Source of the DNA: Octopus sinensis
Lineage: Eukaryota
NCBI RefSeq assembly: GCF_006345805.1
Contig: NC_043010.1
Coordinates: forward strand, 47,988,001-48,052,000
Direction of reading: 5' to 3'
Length of the DNA stretch: 64,000 nt
The stretch's first letter is position 1. Every line of letters begins with the position of its first letter. Shown here piece after piece: positions 11,803 to 24,611 of this stretch. Both the position numbers and the translations under genes were made by a program. Below the pieces are notes generated by a model, which was not told the DNA's origin, did no database searches, and worked only from the letters and a program-made list of their open reading frames with translations.

Positions 11803-12294
11803 GGTGCAAACCAAGAGGAGAATTACACTTGTAAGGAAACAGGATTGGACAAAGTGTTTACTGTGGGACCCTAGAAACAAGATGCAATGAAGATATTGAC
11901 TAAAGCAGCAGTGACGTGTGTAATGAATCTCTTCACATCAAGAGTGAATCACACTCCTGCAATATCAGCAAGCATCATTCACAACCATGGACTTAATTTA
12001 TGGTTAAGTTAATTCTCTCAACCAATCAGCTTTTAGCACTACGTTATCAACATGGATACATTTTATTTACTGGGTTACTTTTTTTCCTTAAAGGCCTGAT
12101 CTAGAGATTTGTTGAAACTATCTTGTATATAAACTGGGATGCAGGAAGGAGAAACAGGCCCTGCAAACCACATAGCAGGTTACCACTCCAGTGTAAGCTA
12201 AATAACAACAGAGATGGTTGCTTTTTGGTCCATACCAAGTGACAAAGAACTATGGTAAAACATGCCAGCTAGGAAAAACAAGAAAAATTTTAAA

Positions 12295-12335
<41 letters not shown>

Positions 12336-12348
12336 AAAGGACTCTTAC

Positions 12349-12518
12349 TTTGACTTTTTCAGCTACCCACTGAAAATTTCTTTTCACAGTTTCCATGCCG
12401 TCTTTTGTGACTTCAGCCATGTCACGATAGACTTGTTTGTCAACCATCAAGCGCTTGTCTCCAGAAGGCCAAAGGCGCCAGGAGTCACTGTCAATAATGT
12501 CAGCCAGTACAATATCAC
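12349..12518 (-). CDS. PAICS: PAICS exon, SAICAR synthetase domain ([32 protein letters not shown]...)
   Basis: LADxIDxDSWRLW and DKQxYR motifs; cag|...|gtaaga; 170 nt. Confidence 0.97.
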
Positions 12519-13723
12519 CTGAAACAGAATCAGAAAACCAGTTTTATGTTTATGTTGATTAAAAGTGAGATAGTAACCACGGACATTTCAGACACCCATT
12601 AACTGGAGGGGAGAGAGAGAAACAATTAGGAAAGGTGTTTAGTGTAAAGTTTGGGGGTTTTACAATCAGTCAAGTGGCCTGTGAGTCTCACAATACTTTG
12701 TAGAGAATTAGCAGTTGATCACAGTACATTAACTGTAACAATGAGGTTTGAATTTATGACTAAATGATCAATAGTTAAGTAGACTGTTGATCATTTGTCA
12801 TAAATGTTCACGGCCATAATGCTTGCAATATCACATTCAAATCTATTTGAGAACCCGGAGAAGATGAAAAGGAATTTCTCCAGTGTATTCTTCCTTGAAT
12901 TATTACATAATAAAATGAATTGTGGAAAACAATGCCTCTCTCAAAAGAATTTAGCAATACATATCAGACCCATATCCTAATGATTCTCACGTGCAAACAA
13001 AGTTACAAATTTTTGAGGAAGAATGCAGTTGAATAAATCAACTTAGTTTTTACTTTCACATTACTGCTTATTTATTCGTATTATTTTGAATTTATCATGT
13101 ATTATCTTGCAGCTTCACAAATTTAATACTGAGATTGTTTATTTTTAGTACAGTAAGTGTGAAAGGCTAGATCTGGCTAGCCTGAACATAAAATAGAATA
13201 TTTGGGCTGGATATGACTAGTTTATATGCCAAAATGTTATGTAGCAGAATGAAGTACATTAATGTTTCAACCATTATAATTAAAAACAGGCATCATTTTT
13301 ACATAATAAATAATGTAAAATATATGAAGAATGCAAGAAACAACAAGACCATTTTTGATTTTCTAATTGTCCCAATTCTGAAGGACATTTGGTTGCTACT
13401 TCTAGTAGGCTGAGCAACCATAGAGGTTCTTTCATTGTGGATGATAGAAGAGGGGTGAAGCAAGTCAGTAGATTACAGGTAAGATGCAGTATCAACTATC
13501 AGGAAATTTGAAATTAATATGAAGGGAGATAACTAATTGTTCACTCAATCCATACAATGAAGCACTGTTTGTACCACTCCAGTACAATAGTAATAGAAAA
13601 CTTCACCCTCCACAGCCTCAAATCCAAACAACCGGGTTTCTATCTAAATTCTATCTCAACCAATGGTTTCTATGATAAAATAAAAAAGATTCCATATGGT
13701 TAATCAAACCAATTTATTCTTAC

Positions 13724-13931
13724 CAGTTCCAGCAGACACTCCAAATTCTATCTTCATATCAATAAGTGCACAGTTAACACCAGTCCAAGCCTTTTCCAAA
13801 ATTTCAAAAATAAGAACAGTCATCTTCTCCATGATGTCAACATCATCAGGACCAATAACTTTGTCGCCACACTGAATTTTGGCAGAAATTATCTGTTCCC
13901 GGCTCCACTGAGGGTCATGATTGGCATCATC
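13724..13931 (-). CDS. PAICS: PAICS exon ([10 protein letters not shown]...FEILEKAW...LIDMKIEFG)
   Basis: DDANHDP and DMKIEFG motifs; cag|...|gtaaga; 208 nt. Confidence 0.97.
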
Positions 13932-14538
13932 CTGCAGAGAAACAAAGAATAAAATGATTCCCCCTGTACAGATAGAAATTCTTAAAGAACTTTTTAAAAC
14001 TTATAAAAATAGGGATTTCTTGTTTAGATTATAAAGTGGAAAAAAATAAATGGAAGGAAAAAAGTTTGCAGACTGTGTTTGCTGCAAAAAAGAAAAACTG
14101 CAAAAGGATATCAGGTCAAGACCTCGTATAAGTGTTCATTTTGCAAAGTGCCCTTGTGTAAAGGATGCTTTGGACAGTTTCACATTAGAAATATGGCACA
14201 ACTATATTTTGTTGCTTGATAGTAATACTATCATATATTCTTTTCATTTTATTACAAATATGTAAAAGTGAGGAATACATTAACTTTCAATATGTTACAC
14301 ATCTGTACTTATCTGTTAATGAGATTTTATTTTATTAGATGCATTGTTATGTAAATGTTTTCATTAAATTGTATAAGAGTACATAGCTAATGGTATATTT
14401 GCTAGTAAAAGAGTTTTGAACCTTATTTTCAATGAAAATGTTCAAATGAAATATAGAGGAAGAATAAAATCTTGTACTAATTATAACTGTATTTCAATTA
14501 ATTCAAATTCATGTACCAGGGAGTATGGTAGGGATCTG

Positions 14539-14760
14539 TTAACCTTTTCATTACAAATCTGGCTGAAACTGGCTCTGAATACAAATGTCTTGTTTTCATA
14601 AGTTTTGAATTAAAATCTTCCACCAAACCTTAGTCACAATTTATGTTCCTAACATTAGCTGAATGATAACTAATTTATCTTACTAAATTCTTTGTTATAT
14701 TTAAAGTAATTGAAAGAAACACAGAGCATCTCAATATAAATACAGTAATGAAAGGGTGAA
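14539..14760. mobile_element. piggyBac-like MITE (same family as 42713 and 49950)
   Basis: Near-identical core CTTGTTTTCATAAGTTTTGAATTAAAATCTTCCACCAAA...AGAAACACAGAGCATCTC. Confidence 0.75.
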
Positions 14761-14842
14761 TATTGAACCAGTAACAAGCAGGCCATGACATCATATATCT
14801 TTTATAGGACTTGAATAAAATGAAAGCAAAACAAATATTAAC

Positions 14843-15021
14843 CTTGTAAAACGTTTCCAATTTAACAGGAGAAAATCTATGCCCTTCTGTCACCCCTGGG
14901 TTACGCTTGAGGAAGGAACCTGTTGCCACACGTCGAGTAACCCACTCAATAGGTACCATATAGCATCGGTGAGCATGGAAAATATTGTCAGACCATTTAC
15001 CAAGGAAGTGCGTTGGAATAC
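14843..15021 (-). CDS. PAICS: PAICS exon (IPTHFLG...[22 protein letters not shown]...ETFYK)
   Basis: PIEWVxRRxATGSF motif; cag|...|gttaat; 179 nt. Confidence 0.97.
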
Positions 15022-15238
15022 CTGTAAGGAATTGGATATACATATGTATGCAAAATAGCAGAAGTACAATATTTGTTAAATTTTGTAACAGCCAACCCCA
15101 ATTCTCTGAGCTCTAATGGCAAAGCAATAAAATCAAAAGATTGAAGACAAGAGTAAACAAAAAGAGTATATTTAACTCTTGATACCAATCTGTCCAAGAC
15201 TGTCCCGTCCCTCATTCTATGATATAAACTTCCTGTCT

Positions 15239-15467
15239 TTAACCCTTTTAATTACCATATTTCTACTGAACTGTACCATCTTTATGTAAACTAATTTTGA
15301 AAATAATGAAGAATTTACGAAAATACCTTGGTCATTACTAAGTTGGTAACTGGAACAAATCAATAAGGAACTTTAATGGGAAATTTTAATTTAGATCACT
15401 TTATATAAAAAAGTTTGTATCAAAGAATCAGGGACAACCTGGAGTGAGTTGGTATCAAAAGGGTTAA
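15239..15467. mobile_element. piggyBac-like MITE
   Basis: TTAA|CCCTTT...AAAAGGG|TTAA. Confidence 0.7.
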
Positions 15468-16339
15468 TGATCCAAAATTAAAGCTTATTAGTAAAAAAAT
15501 AATTTCATTAAATTTTTTATAATTTTCAAAATCAAAGGCAGTGTATTTCTACAGAAATAGGGAAAATAAAGCATCAACTAAGAAATAACATAACCATTAT
15601 ATCTACAGGGCCTAAATTAACTGACCCGATACTTAAAACTGATGGTAATTCACATCATATCACTATTATGAGAACGGCTGAATCGTTTCATTCATGAACA
15701 ATTGTTTTCCTGCACCAAACAAATGTACAACCATCATAATTCAATCATCCTCCACAAGTGTTGTGACAGTTATGCTTTACTGACAGGGACAAAACAAAAA
15801 TGAAACATATTTGGAGTTGTTTTGTATCTTCTGACCCATGGCTTGTGAATGAAACTGGAAGCCTGTCATGTATGTGTAAATATATTCATGTATGTATACA
15901 CACACTCCTTCAAATTCCATCCTACTGTCTTGAATTAGGTCATAATAATGTAGTCACAGATATTAGTCTGGTTGAAAAAAATAAATAATAATATAACTAT
16001 TTTGCTCCTTAATCAGTGCTGATGTGCTTATACAGACACAAACTTGCAATGCACTATTGTTACAATAGGAAAAACTTTCAATAACTCACTATGCAGGTAG
16101 AACACCCTCATTTTCAATGTGATTCAAGGAGACCAAGACCTGTGGGCTGCACTGAAGCATCCAAAGAGTTTTTATTTTCTATAGACATTTTTTAGTGGAG
16201 CTAACTGAACTTAGTGATAATAATTACAAATGTCATGTTGGGAAATAATTACAAATGCCATGTTGGGAAACTAATACAACCGATATTATCTGAGTACAGC
16301 AGATGATGCATCAGAGAACGATCTTACAATGGATAGCAG

Positions 16340-16730
16340 ATCATCATCGTTTAACATCCGCTTTCCATGCTAGCATGGGTTGGACGATTTGATTGGGGTC
16401 TGGCGAACCAGACTCCAATCTGATCTGGCAGAGTTTCTACAGCTGGATGCCCTTCCTAATGCCAACCACTCCAAGAGTGTAGTGGGTGTTTTTACGTGCC
16501 AGTTAGGTGGTACTTGCAATGGCCATGCTCAAATGGTGCTTCTTATGTACCACTTGCACAGGAGCCAGTCCAGCGGCACTGGCAACGATCTTGCTCAAAT
16601 GTTTTTTTCCCGTGCCACCAGCACAAGTGCTAGTAAGGCGATGCAGGTAATGATCATACTCAAATGGTGTTTTTAACGTGCCATTGGCACGAAGGCCACC
16701 TTCTTGCTCTGGCAATGATCTTACTCGTAT
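16340..16730 (-). mobile_element. SINE family C with internal tandem subrepeats
   Basis: Near-identical to 50725-50980 and 63130-63575. Confidence 0.85.
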
Positions 16731-16869
16731 GTCAAAGTAACTATACAGATATCTGCAACAAAAGTGTCCAAAACATCACAGGAGTAAAATGTTTTTATGA
16801 ATCAATGTCCCCTGTTACTAAAACACAGTGCACTAAAGAAACAAAAGCGAGAGAGTAAGACAAAGTTAC

Positions 16870-17076
16870 CAGCATCATTGAGTATTTTCATGAGGGAAGA
16901 ATTGGTGGAGTTTGAAATGACTGCTTTTCCTTCCATGTCATGAGCTCTTGCACCATCTCCACATGTGATTCTGTCTTTGGACTTTATGGCAACACATCCT
17001 TTGTAAGATGGTAGGTCATAGACAATTTTGGTTTTACCCTCAATAAGGACATCTCCAAGGGTCACATCTTTGCCAG
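16870..17076 (-). CDS. PAICS: PAICS exon 2 (GKDVTLGDVLIEGKTKIVY...KSKDRITCGDGARAHDMEGKA...)
   Basis: EGKTK ATP-binding loop and SKDxITxG motif; cag|...|gtaact; needs a phase-1 upstream exon. Confidence 0.96.
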
Positions 17077-18339
17077 CTGTATAAAGAGAAAAAGTATTGA
17101 AATACATCATAACATCAAAGCAAGACATGCTAATCTCTGTTCAGCAAATGTAACAGGAAATGCTGTATAATTATATACACACATAACATAAGGTAGAAAA
17201 GAATGCTGAACAAATGTGGAAGTTCAATATAGATATTAACTTTTCAGCATTCAGTTTTGAATTAATCATGCATTATCTTGTAGCTTCACAATTTCAATGT
17301 TGTGTTTGTATATTTTTAGAATGATATTGTAGGATAGGTGTGAGCAGATGGATGTTTAGTGCTGTAGTGAAAACGATACCCCACTTCCCATGTGACAAAG
17401 TGGTATGGAGCAGCCACTATAAAGTCAGACAGTCAGTCATTGTAGGAGGCCACTAGTAGTCGAGTTGTACAAGTTCTCAGTTGGAGACAATATCAGTTAC
17501 GTGTTATATACGAATTAGAGTCACCGTCAAGGCAGACATTTCAAAGTCATTGTCTGGCAGAGCTATCAGCAATTATAACAGTTTTAACATTAAACAGGTA
17601 TAATATTTGGACTGGATATGGCCAGATTAAATGCTAATGGGTTACTTTATGAAATAACCTGGGGGGTTGGGGAGAGGACTTTCAGAAAATTCACAAGATC
17701 CGATTTTCCCGTCATAACTTTCGGGAAAACAGTTATATATTTTTTTTTTTTTTGGACTTGTTTCAGTCATTTGACTGCGGCCATGCTGGAGCACCGCCTT
17801 TTTTTAGAGTGGTGAAATAGTACAGCAGGGATCACCACCTCCTGCCGGAGCCTCGTGGAACTTTTAGGTGTTTTCGCTCAATAAACACACACAACGCCCG
17901 GTCTGGGAATCGAAACCGCGATCCTCCGACCGCAAGGCCGCTGCCCTAACCACTAGGCCATTGCGCCTATATATTGAATTTTTTTTACGGAATCCCATGT
18001 TTTTGGTTATGTAGGATCCGATTATGAAAATTTTTTTTCTTCAAAATTTCAATTCTCCGGCCTTGGCCTTCAAGCAGGCTATCCATGTTGGAAATAATAG
18101 CCAAATCTCACAAAACTGCAATAACATATACGTATATATCATTACCATCGTTTTAACGTCCACTTTTCCATGCTTGCATGAGTCAGACGAAATATTGTAG
18201 AGGCAAATTTTCTACAGCCAGATGCCAACCCACTTGTTTCCAAGTAAGATATTTCATCATAACCAGACAGGTTTTCATGGAAGACAAAGGAAACCGCTTG
18301 CATGGCGATAACATTCGTTTACAACTATATATAAACTAA

Positions 18340-18650
18340 TATTCTTTTATTTGTCATTTGACTGGGACCATGTTAGAGGACCGCATTGAAGGGTTTTAGT
18401 AGAGCAAATCGACCCCAGGATTTATTTAAGCCTAGTACTTACTCTATCGGTCGCTTTTGCCGAACCGCTAAGTTACGGGGACGTAAACGCAGACAAATAC
18501 ATACACATACGACGGGCTTCTTTCTGTTTCCATCTACCAAATTCACTCACAAAAAAGCTTTGGTGGGCCCAAGATGCCACGCAGTGGGATTGAACCTGGA
18601 ACCATGCAAATGGGAAGCAAGCTTCTTACCACACAGCCTAGCATGCGCCT
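18340..18650 (-). mobile_element. SINE family A
   Basis: Similarity to 741-1110. Confidence 0.8.
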
Positions 18651-18974
18651 TGTATATAATATTACACACACTCTCACGCTTAGATCTAGGCCGCTTTCAA
18701 TTTGTACAGCTACCCCCACCCCCCTTGCATTGTCCCCATTTTCTCTTCTATTCATCGTAGCATGTCACCCGTACATACTAAATCTTCATAACTCCATCAC
18801 TCATGATCATGCTACTTGCTACTCTGTTTTCTCCTCAAGCATGATACACTAACGGGAAGAGATTACACATCTCTCACTATTCGATGAGTGTGTCTTATTT
18901 GCCATCATCTCTCCACCTCCAACATTTCCAGCCTTTCTCAGATTCATTTACACCCAACACACTCACTCTAACAG

Positions 18975-19185
18975 GTCTCAAATTTTGATATAAAGCCAGC
19001 AAGTTTGGGAGAGGTTATAAGTCGGTGACATCGATCCCAATGTTCAGTTGGTACTTATTTTATCACCTCCGAAATAAAAGGTAAAGTCGACCTCGGCGGC
19101 ATTTAAACTCAGAACGTAAAGTCGGACGAAATACCGCAAAAAATATTGCCCGCGTGCTAACTTTTCTATCGGCTCGCCGCCTTCA
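18975..19185 (-). mobile_element. SINE family B
   Basis: Head (rc) GGCGGCGAGC..AGAAA.GTTAGCACG...GAGTT.AAAT.CCGCCGAGGTCGACTTT; many copies in the window. Confidence 0.75.
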
Positions 19186-19635
19186 CTCTAGCTATTATTA
19201 CTTCTTTCTCTATTTCACTGACTGCCAGTCCCAATATTCTCCCTACTGTAGCTACGAACAGGTAGTTGGTAACTGCTAATCTCTCTCTTTACACGCTCTT
19301 TCAGCTCTATTTCCCATTTCTCCCCAATCGTAGTTTATCTAGCACACACACTCTCCTACTCACTAATAGTCTGTTACGAAGAATGACTGGGGCAGGACAA
19401 CCTTACAAATACTACGTTGCGAAGAAATAAGTGTCGAGACGACCTTTGGCAGGAGCGCGAATTTCTACTGCTGGTGTCAAGAAAATGTCACTCAGTACAC
19501 TGTGAAGTAAATAACATGGGCACCGGATCGTACAAAAACCATGTCAAATGAAAACAAACGAGAGCAGCCTAGTCCCTAGGTCACGGCAAGAAAGAGTAGC
19601 AAAAACCAAGAACTGATTCGGATAGTGACAACCCT

Positions 19636-20118
19636 GCGAAATTTTTTTTCTCCACGAGAGTTCCGGACCCCAGTTATGAACTCATTTGCATAATCAATCA
19701 GAGCTCAAACCGATGAGCGGCATAACAAGTGATGGCGAATAAGGTTAAGGAATGACAATGCTTCTTTTCTCTTCTGATAGTGTTTGTTCTTGTTTGAACC
19801 ATGGCTGCCTCTGCGTAGTTATTTGTGTTGTTTCCTTTGTAAAACAGTAAGGGAAGAGGATTGCTAGCACATCACCATCTACATCTTTACCATATGGGGC
19901 CCTAACAAAAACTGATAATAGGTATAGATGCTAATCTAATTACTGGTCTCCTAAAATCAGGCATAACTTGGCGATCGGTCGACTTACAACACCGTTCTTC
20001 GTACTGAGTTTACCTGGTAGAGTGTTTAACTTGACACGGTCAAGGCGGCTCTGATTGGCTGTATGCAAATGAGTTCATTACTGGGATCCAGAACTCTCGC
20101 GGGGAAAAAAAGTTGCGC
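19636..20118. mobile_element. foldback/MITE-like element with ~65-bp inverted arms
   Basis: GAGAGTTCCGGACCCCAGTTATGAACTCATTTGCATAATCAATCAGAGC is inverted relative to GCTCTGATTGGCTGTATGCAAATGAGTTCATTACTGGGATCCAGAACTCTC. Confidence 0.7.
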
Positions 20119-20264
20119 GACCCGCCCAACCCATGCTAGCATAGCCATAAAAGGAGGATACAGAATTTATAAAAATCTAGCTTTAGACTGAAGAAACTGA
20201 TGTAAATATTACATTCAAGTTCATCTCCACTGCCACTGTCTTTTTTTATTTTTTTTACGAAGAA

Positions 20265-20550
20265 GGCATGGCTGTGTGGTTTAGTCCCACTGCATGACAT
20301 CTTGAGCAAGTGTCTGCTTCTAAAGCCCTGAGCCTATAGAAGCTTTGTGAGTGGATTCGATAGACGGAAACTGTTTTTGTGCCTGTGACAACCGGTGCTG
20401 GTTTGTTTACGTCCCTAAAACATGGCAGTTCGTCCAAAGAGACCGATAGAATAAGTACCAGACTTAAGTACTGGGGGTCAATTTGTTCGACTAAAAACTT
20501 TTCAATTTGGTGCCCCTGCCTGGCCGTAGCCCAATGATTGAAACAAAAGA
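20265..20550 (+). mobile_element. SINE family A, internally deleted
   Basis: Similarity to 6380-6775. Confidence 0.7.
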
Positions 20551-22207
20551 TAGTGACAAATACATTTTCTTCCTCTTATTTAAAATCGGAGTTGTTCGTT
20601 TTCACATTCAATAAAAAAAAAGCATAGTTCTATAAGGATGTATTAAGCTAAAGAAAGAAAAAGCCTGTTGGATACAGTCTCTCACAGCTTTACATTGAAA
20701 CAGACCCCCTCCCTCTGAATATCACAAGTGAAGCATGTGCCTTGCACTGTAACCTGAAAGTGAAGCAAGGGTAAGAAGGCGGGCAAAGCTAAGCTTAAAA
20801 AGAAATTTATACGGGCCAATGAATAGACAAACACGAGAGGACAGTACTTCTATCTACATTGTAATAATCCACAATTTCAAAACGTTAAAAAATAAGGTCG
20901 GGTATTATAAATTACATGTTTCCTCTCACACTTCAGTGGGTGTAAAAACATCGCGGTAGTTAGATATAATAAACAGGCAAATTTTATTACACATGTAACA
21001 CGTATGTATGACATATGAATAATACACAACCGCATTAAAATACTAATTCTAAATAAGTCATAATTCTTCTGTAATATAAGTTTGGAAGGTCGCCATAAGG
21101 TTTTTACAAAACGACAAAAGAAAAGAAAATACACCAAAAAACCAAACAAACATTTATTTCCCAAAAAGTTGTCAAAGAAGGCGACGTTAGCAATACGCCC
21201 GTAGGGGATAAAATAAGATGGTTAGGGTAATTATTGGCCATTGGCCATTGGTTTCCTTTTCTCGAAGTACCCAAAGATATTTTACGAGGAAAATTTGGTA
21301 AATTTATCAACCAAATGTTTCAAAAATAAAATCCAAAAGTTAGTACCACAGTAATAACAATGTTTTTTTTAATAAATAAACAATACATACTGATATTTTA
21401 CATAAGGAACAAAGAAGCCCTCAGATTTGAATGCGAGACGAATAGCTTCAGCAAAAGAAATGGTATATTCATTATTAAGTTTTAGTGTTTTATTTTGTAT
21501 CTAACTTTCAGATAATTATAGTAGGGTAAGTCATGTTTTGCACAGCGAAACCTAATTATTACAACAAAAGGTCGCTCGAAACTACGCTTCGCAACCACGT
21601 GGTTCTACATCTTATCGTACAGTACGGTATCAGACACGTAGCTATCACAACACTCGGCTGACCAATGCCTTCAATGGAATTTAATAGTCGGAAAGGAAAC
21701 TGTGCAGAAACTTGCTATGTATGTGTAATTCTTATAAAGATCAATGCCACGTAATTAAGCGGGTCACAAAGAGGTCAATAAAATAAGTGCTAGAGTGCAT
21801 ATGATTAATTTTTAGTAATTAGTGCCCAGGATTGTAGCAATAAAATAATATATATATATATATACAAACACAATGTAGGGGCGGGTCATATGTAGAAACA
21901 TATAGGTAGAAGGGATATATGAATTTCCCAGTTTGTCTAAAATGTAGTAAACAAGTTACAAAAATTCAGGAGTAAACATTTCGGTGATGAAAAGATTAGT
22001 AACATTTCCTTCTCATATATATTACTAGCAATTTATGTTGCCGAAACCTACGACAATAAATTACCAGTTGTACTTGAGTTACATATCAGGGTGCTTACAC
22101 ACACATATATATATATGTATTTAGGATAAACTTTTTTCATTACAAATAAATGTTACAGCAAAATTATAAATGTAAATTACTCCAACAAAAACTTCATGCT
22201 TAAATAC

Positions 22208-22259
22208 CTTTAGGAGAGCCATCAGCATTATATAGATCGTGCACTAATTGACAAGCCAT
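22208..22259 (-). CDS. PAICS: probable PAICS first coding exon (MACQLVHDLYNADGSPK-A)
   Basis: AGCATGG Kozak context; 52 nt ending in phase 1 (G|gtattt), which joins exon 2 in frame; lies just downstream of an E2F/E-box cluster. Confidence 0.65.
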
Positions 22260-22341
22260 GCTGAATTCAAAACGTAAAAAGTAGCAGACACGTTCTAAGG
22301 AATCAACAAAATAATTCTGCTCCGAATAAGAAACAAATAAA

Positions 22342-22386
22342 GGCGCGAAATAAATACCACGTGTTTATCACGTGACTTCGCGCAAA
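22342..22386 (-). promoter_or_regulatory. probable PAICS promoter with an E2F site and two E-boxes
   Basis: TTTCGCGCC (rc 22342-22350), CACGTG 22358-22363, TCACGTGA 22368-22375, TTCGCGC 22377-22383. Confidence 0.6.
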
Positions 22387-22464
22387 CATGTATAACAGGA
22401 TCATCCAAAAACTAAACGGAAAAAATTTCCTGCTTGTTCATGTGAAGTGACTTTGATCAATAAT

Positions 22465-23826
22465 AAATTTTTTTTTTTTTTAATTATTGAAGAATATTAA
22501 CGTACACGCTCTCTCTCTAGCCTCTAACTTTTACTCATAAACTAGCTCATAAATCTTTGTTGACTATATCTTTCATCTATTACTGGTTTCAGTCGTTGGT
22601 CTACGGCCATGCTGGAGCACCGCCTTGTAGGGTTTTCGTCGAACGAATGACCCTAGAATTTTCGGTTTTTCTTTTATGCCTGGTACTTATTCTATCAGTA
22701 TCTTTAGCCGAACCGCTAAGTTATAGAACGTAACAAACCTAGTTTGTGAAGCAGTGGTATAGGATACATACACACATACATACCTTCCTACATACCTACC
22801 TATCTACCTACAAGGGGCGTACATTTCGGGTGTGCTACGTGTGTGCTGCACACCATCGAAAATTCATTATAAATATTAACCTTTCTCATTAATTTAATCA
22901 CAAATCTTAATTGAAAACTTTTGTTATACACCTGCTTGAAATTTGGTAGCGGGTGTCCGGAAATAACACGGCACATCTCACAGCGCATTGTATCATATGG
23001 TACCGAGCGTATCGTCGGATAATATTAGAATATCAAAAAATTAATGGCGAAGGGTATGCGACAGCTGCCACAACACGGTCGCATGTTCATTTTCATAGCG
23101 AGAAGTTGTACGTTTAAATTAATTTCAAATTCCTAAACTAAAATTTTTTTTTTTTTAATTATTGAAGAATATTAACGTACACGCTCTCTCTCTAGCCTCT
23201 AACTTTTAGTAATCAACTAGCTCAAAAATTTTTGTTGACTGTATTTTTCATCTTTTACTGGTTTCAGTCGTTAGTCTACGGCCATGCTGGGGCACCGCAT
23301 TGTGGGGTTTTCGTCGAACGAATGACCCTAGAATTTTCTTTTAAGCCTGGTACTTATTCTATTGGTATCTTTAGCCGAACCGCTAAGTTATAGAACGTAA
23401 ACAAACCTAGTTTGTGAAGCAGTGGTATAGGATACATACACACATACATACCTTCCTACATACCTACCTATCTACCTACAAGGGGCGTACATTTCGGGTG
23501 TGCTACGTGTGTGCTGCACACCATCGAAAATTCATTATGAATATTAACCTTTCTCATTAATTTAATCACAAATCTTAATAGAAAACTTTTGTTATACACC
23601 TGCTGGAAATTTGATGGTGGGTTTCCGGAAATAACACCGCACACCTCAAAGCGCATTGTATCATAATATGGTACCGAGCGAATAGTCGGATAATATTAGA
23701 ATATCAAAAAATTAATGGCGAAGGGTATGCGACAGCTGCCACAACACGGTCGCATGTTCATTTTCATAGCGAGAAGTTGTACGTTTAAATTAATTTCAAA
23801 TTCCTAAACTAAAATTTTTTTTTTTT
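22465..23826. repeat. tandem duplication, two ~670-bp units
   Basis: Paired ORFs 22800/23468 and 22988/23656 are offset by 668 bp. Units are bounded by AAA(T)n tracts and each holds a family A SINE remnant. Confidence 0.95.
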
Positions 23827-24611
23827 ATACATTTAACCCTCCAACGCGGAGTACAGGCCACTTATAATTGAATTCCATGTCGCATAATTTTTCGCTTCTG
23901 TACTTATACTCTGCCACGAATGTCCCCCTTTCTCTAGTTCCTTTTGTGTTGATCTACGCCACGAGTTCTTATGCCTACCTCTCTTTCTATATCCATCCGG
24001 TTTCCACTGTAAAGCACTTTTCGATACATTTGGTGTGTCTTTTCTAATTGTGCTACCAATCCACTCCCACTTTTCCTTAAATATTTGCTCCCTAATCGAA
24101 ACTTTGCGGTCGAGTTAAACTTCACCGAGCTAATGTTTAAAATATACTGCCTTTTCACATCTCGTGTACAACATATTATATATCGACTTAATAATTCATC
24201 ACCACTCTTCAGAATACGGTGAAGTATGACTCGCTAAGGAGGTCACAATTATGTGGGAACCTGTTGGAATTTTGTTTTTTACAATATTTTTTTCTTACAA
24301 TATCATCATATAACTTTGATCTTAATTTGTTTTCAAAACTAATAGTACCCTTTTAGAAGTCAGAAACAAAACTGCAACAGTTCCAGAAAGGTAGTGCATT
24401 GATATTTTGCTCAGTGAATTTTGTGATTTTCTTAGTTGTGTGCTTAGGCATTTTATTTAAAATGAGGTTATCGAACATTTTACATCTCAAAGAAGAATAG
24501 AACTTACATATAAGTAATTTAAGTAAGTAAAATTATATGGTTTTCTATTTTTCAGCGTGTGTGCTTAAGAAAATTATGGCTTGTTTTAGAATGCTTACAA
24601 TTTATAGAGTA

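Noticed and set aside
16380-16676. Recurrent ORF MDDL.EVWRTRLQSDLAEFLQLDALPNANH (also 50710-50937 and 63229-63522) as a gene family
   Set aside because: These are antisense translations of family C SINE copies, with variable frames and ends and no splice or Kozak support.
21512-21525. Plus-strand 14-nt micro-exon (tttcag|...|gtaagt) antisense to PAICS intron 1
   Set aside because: No partner exons or gene found; could arise by chance.
22800-23656. Duplicated 62-aa ORFs (MRCEMCRVISG...)
   Set aside because: By-product of the tandem duplication of non-coding repeat sequence; no coding signature.
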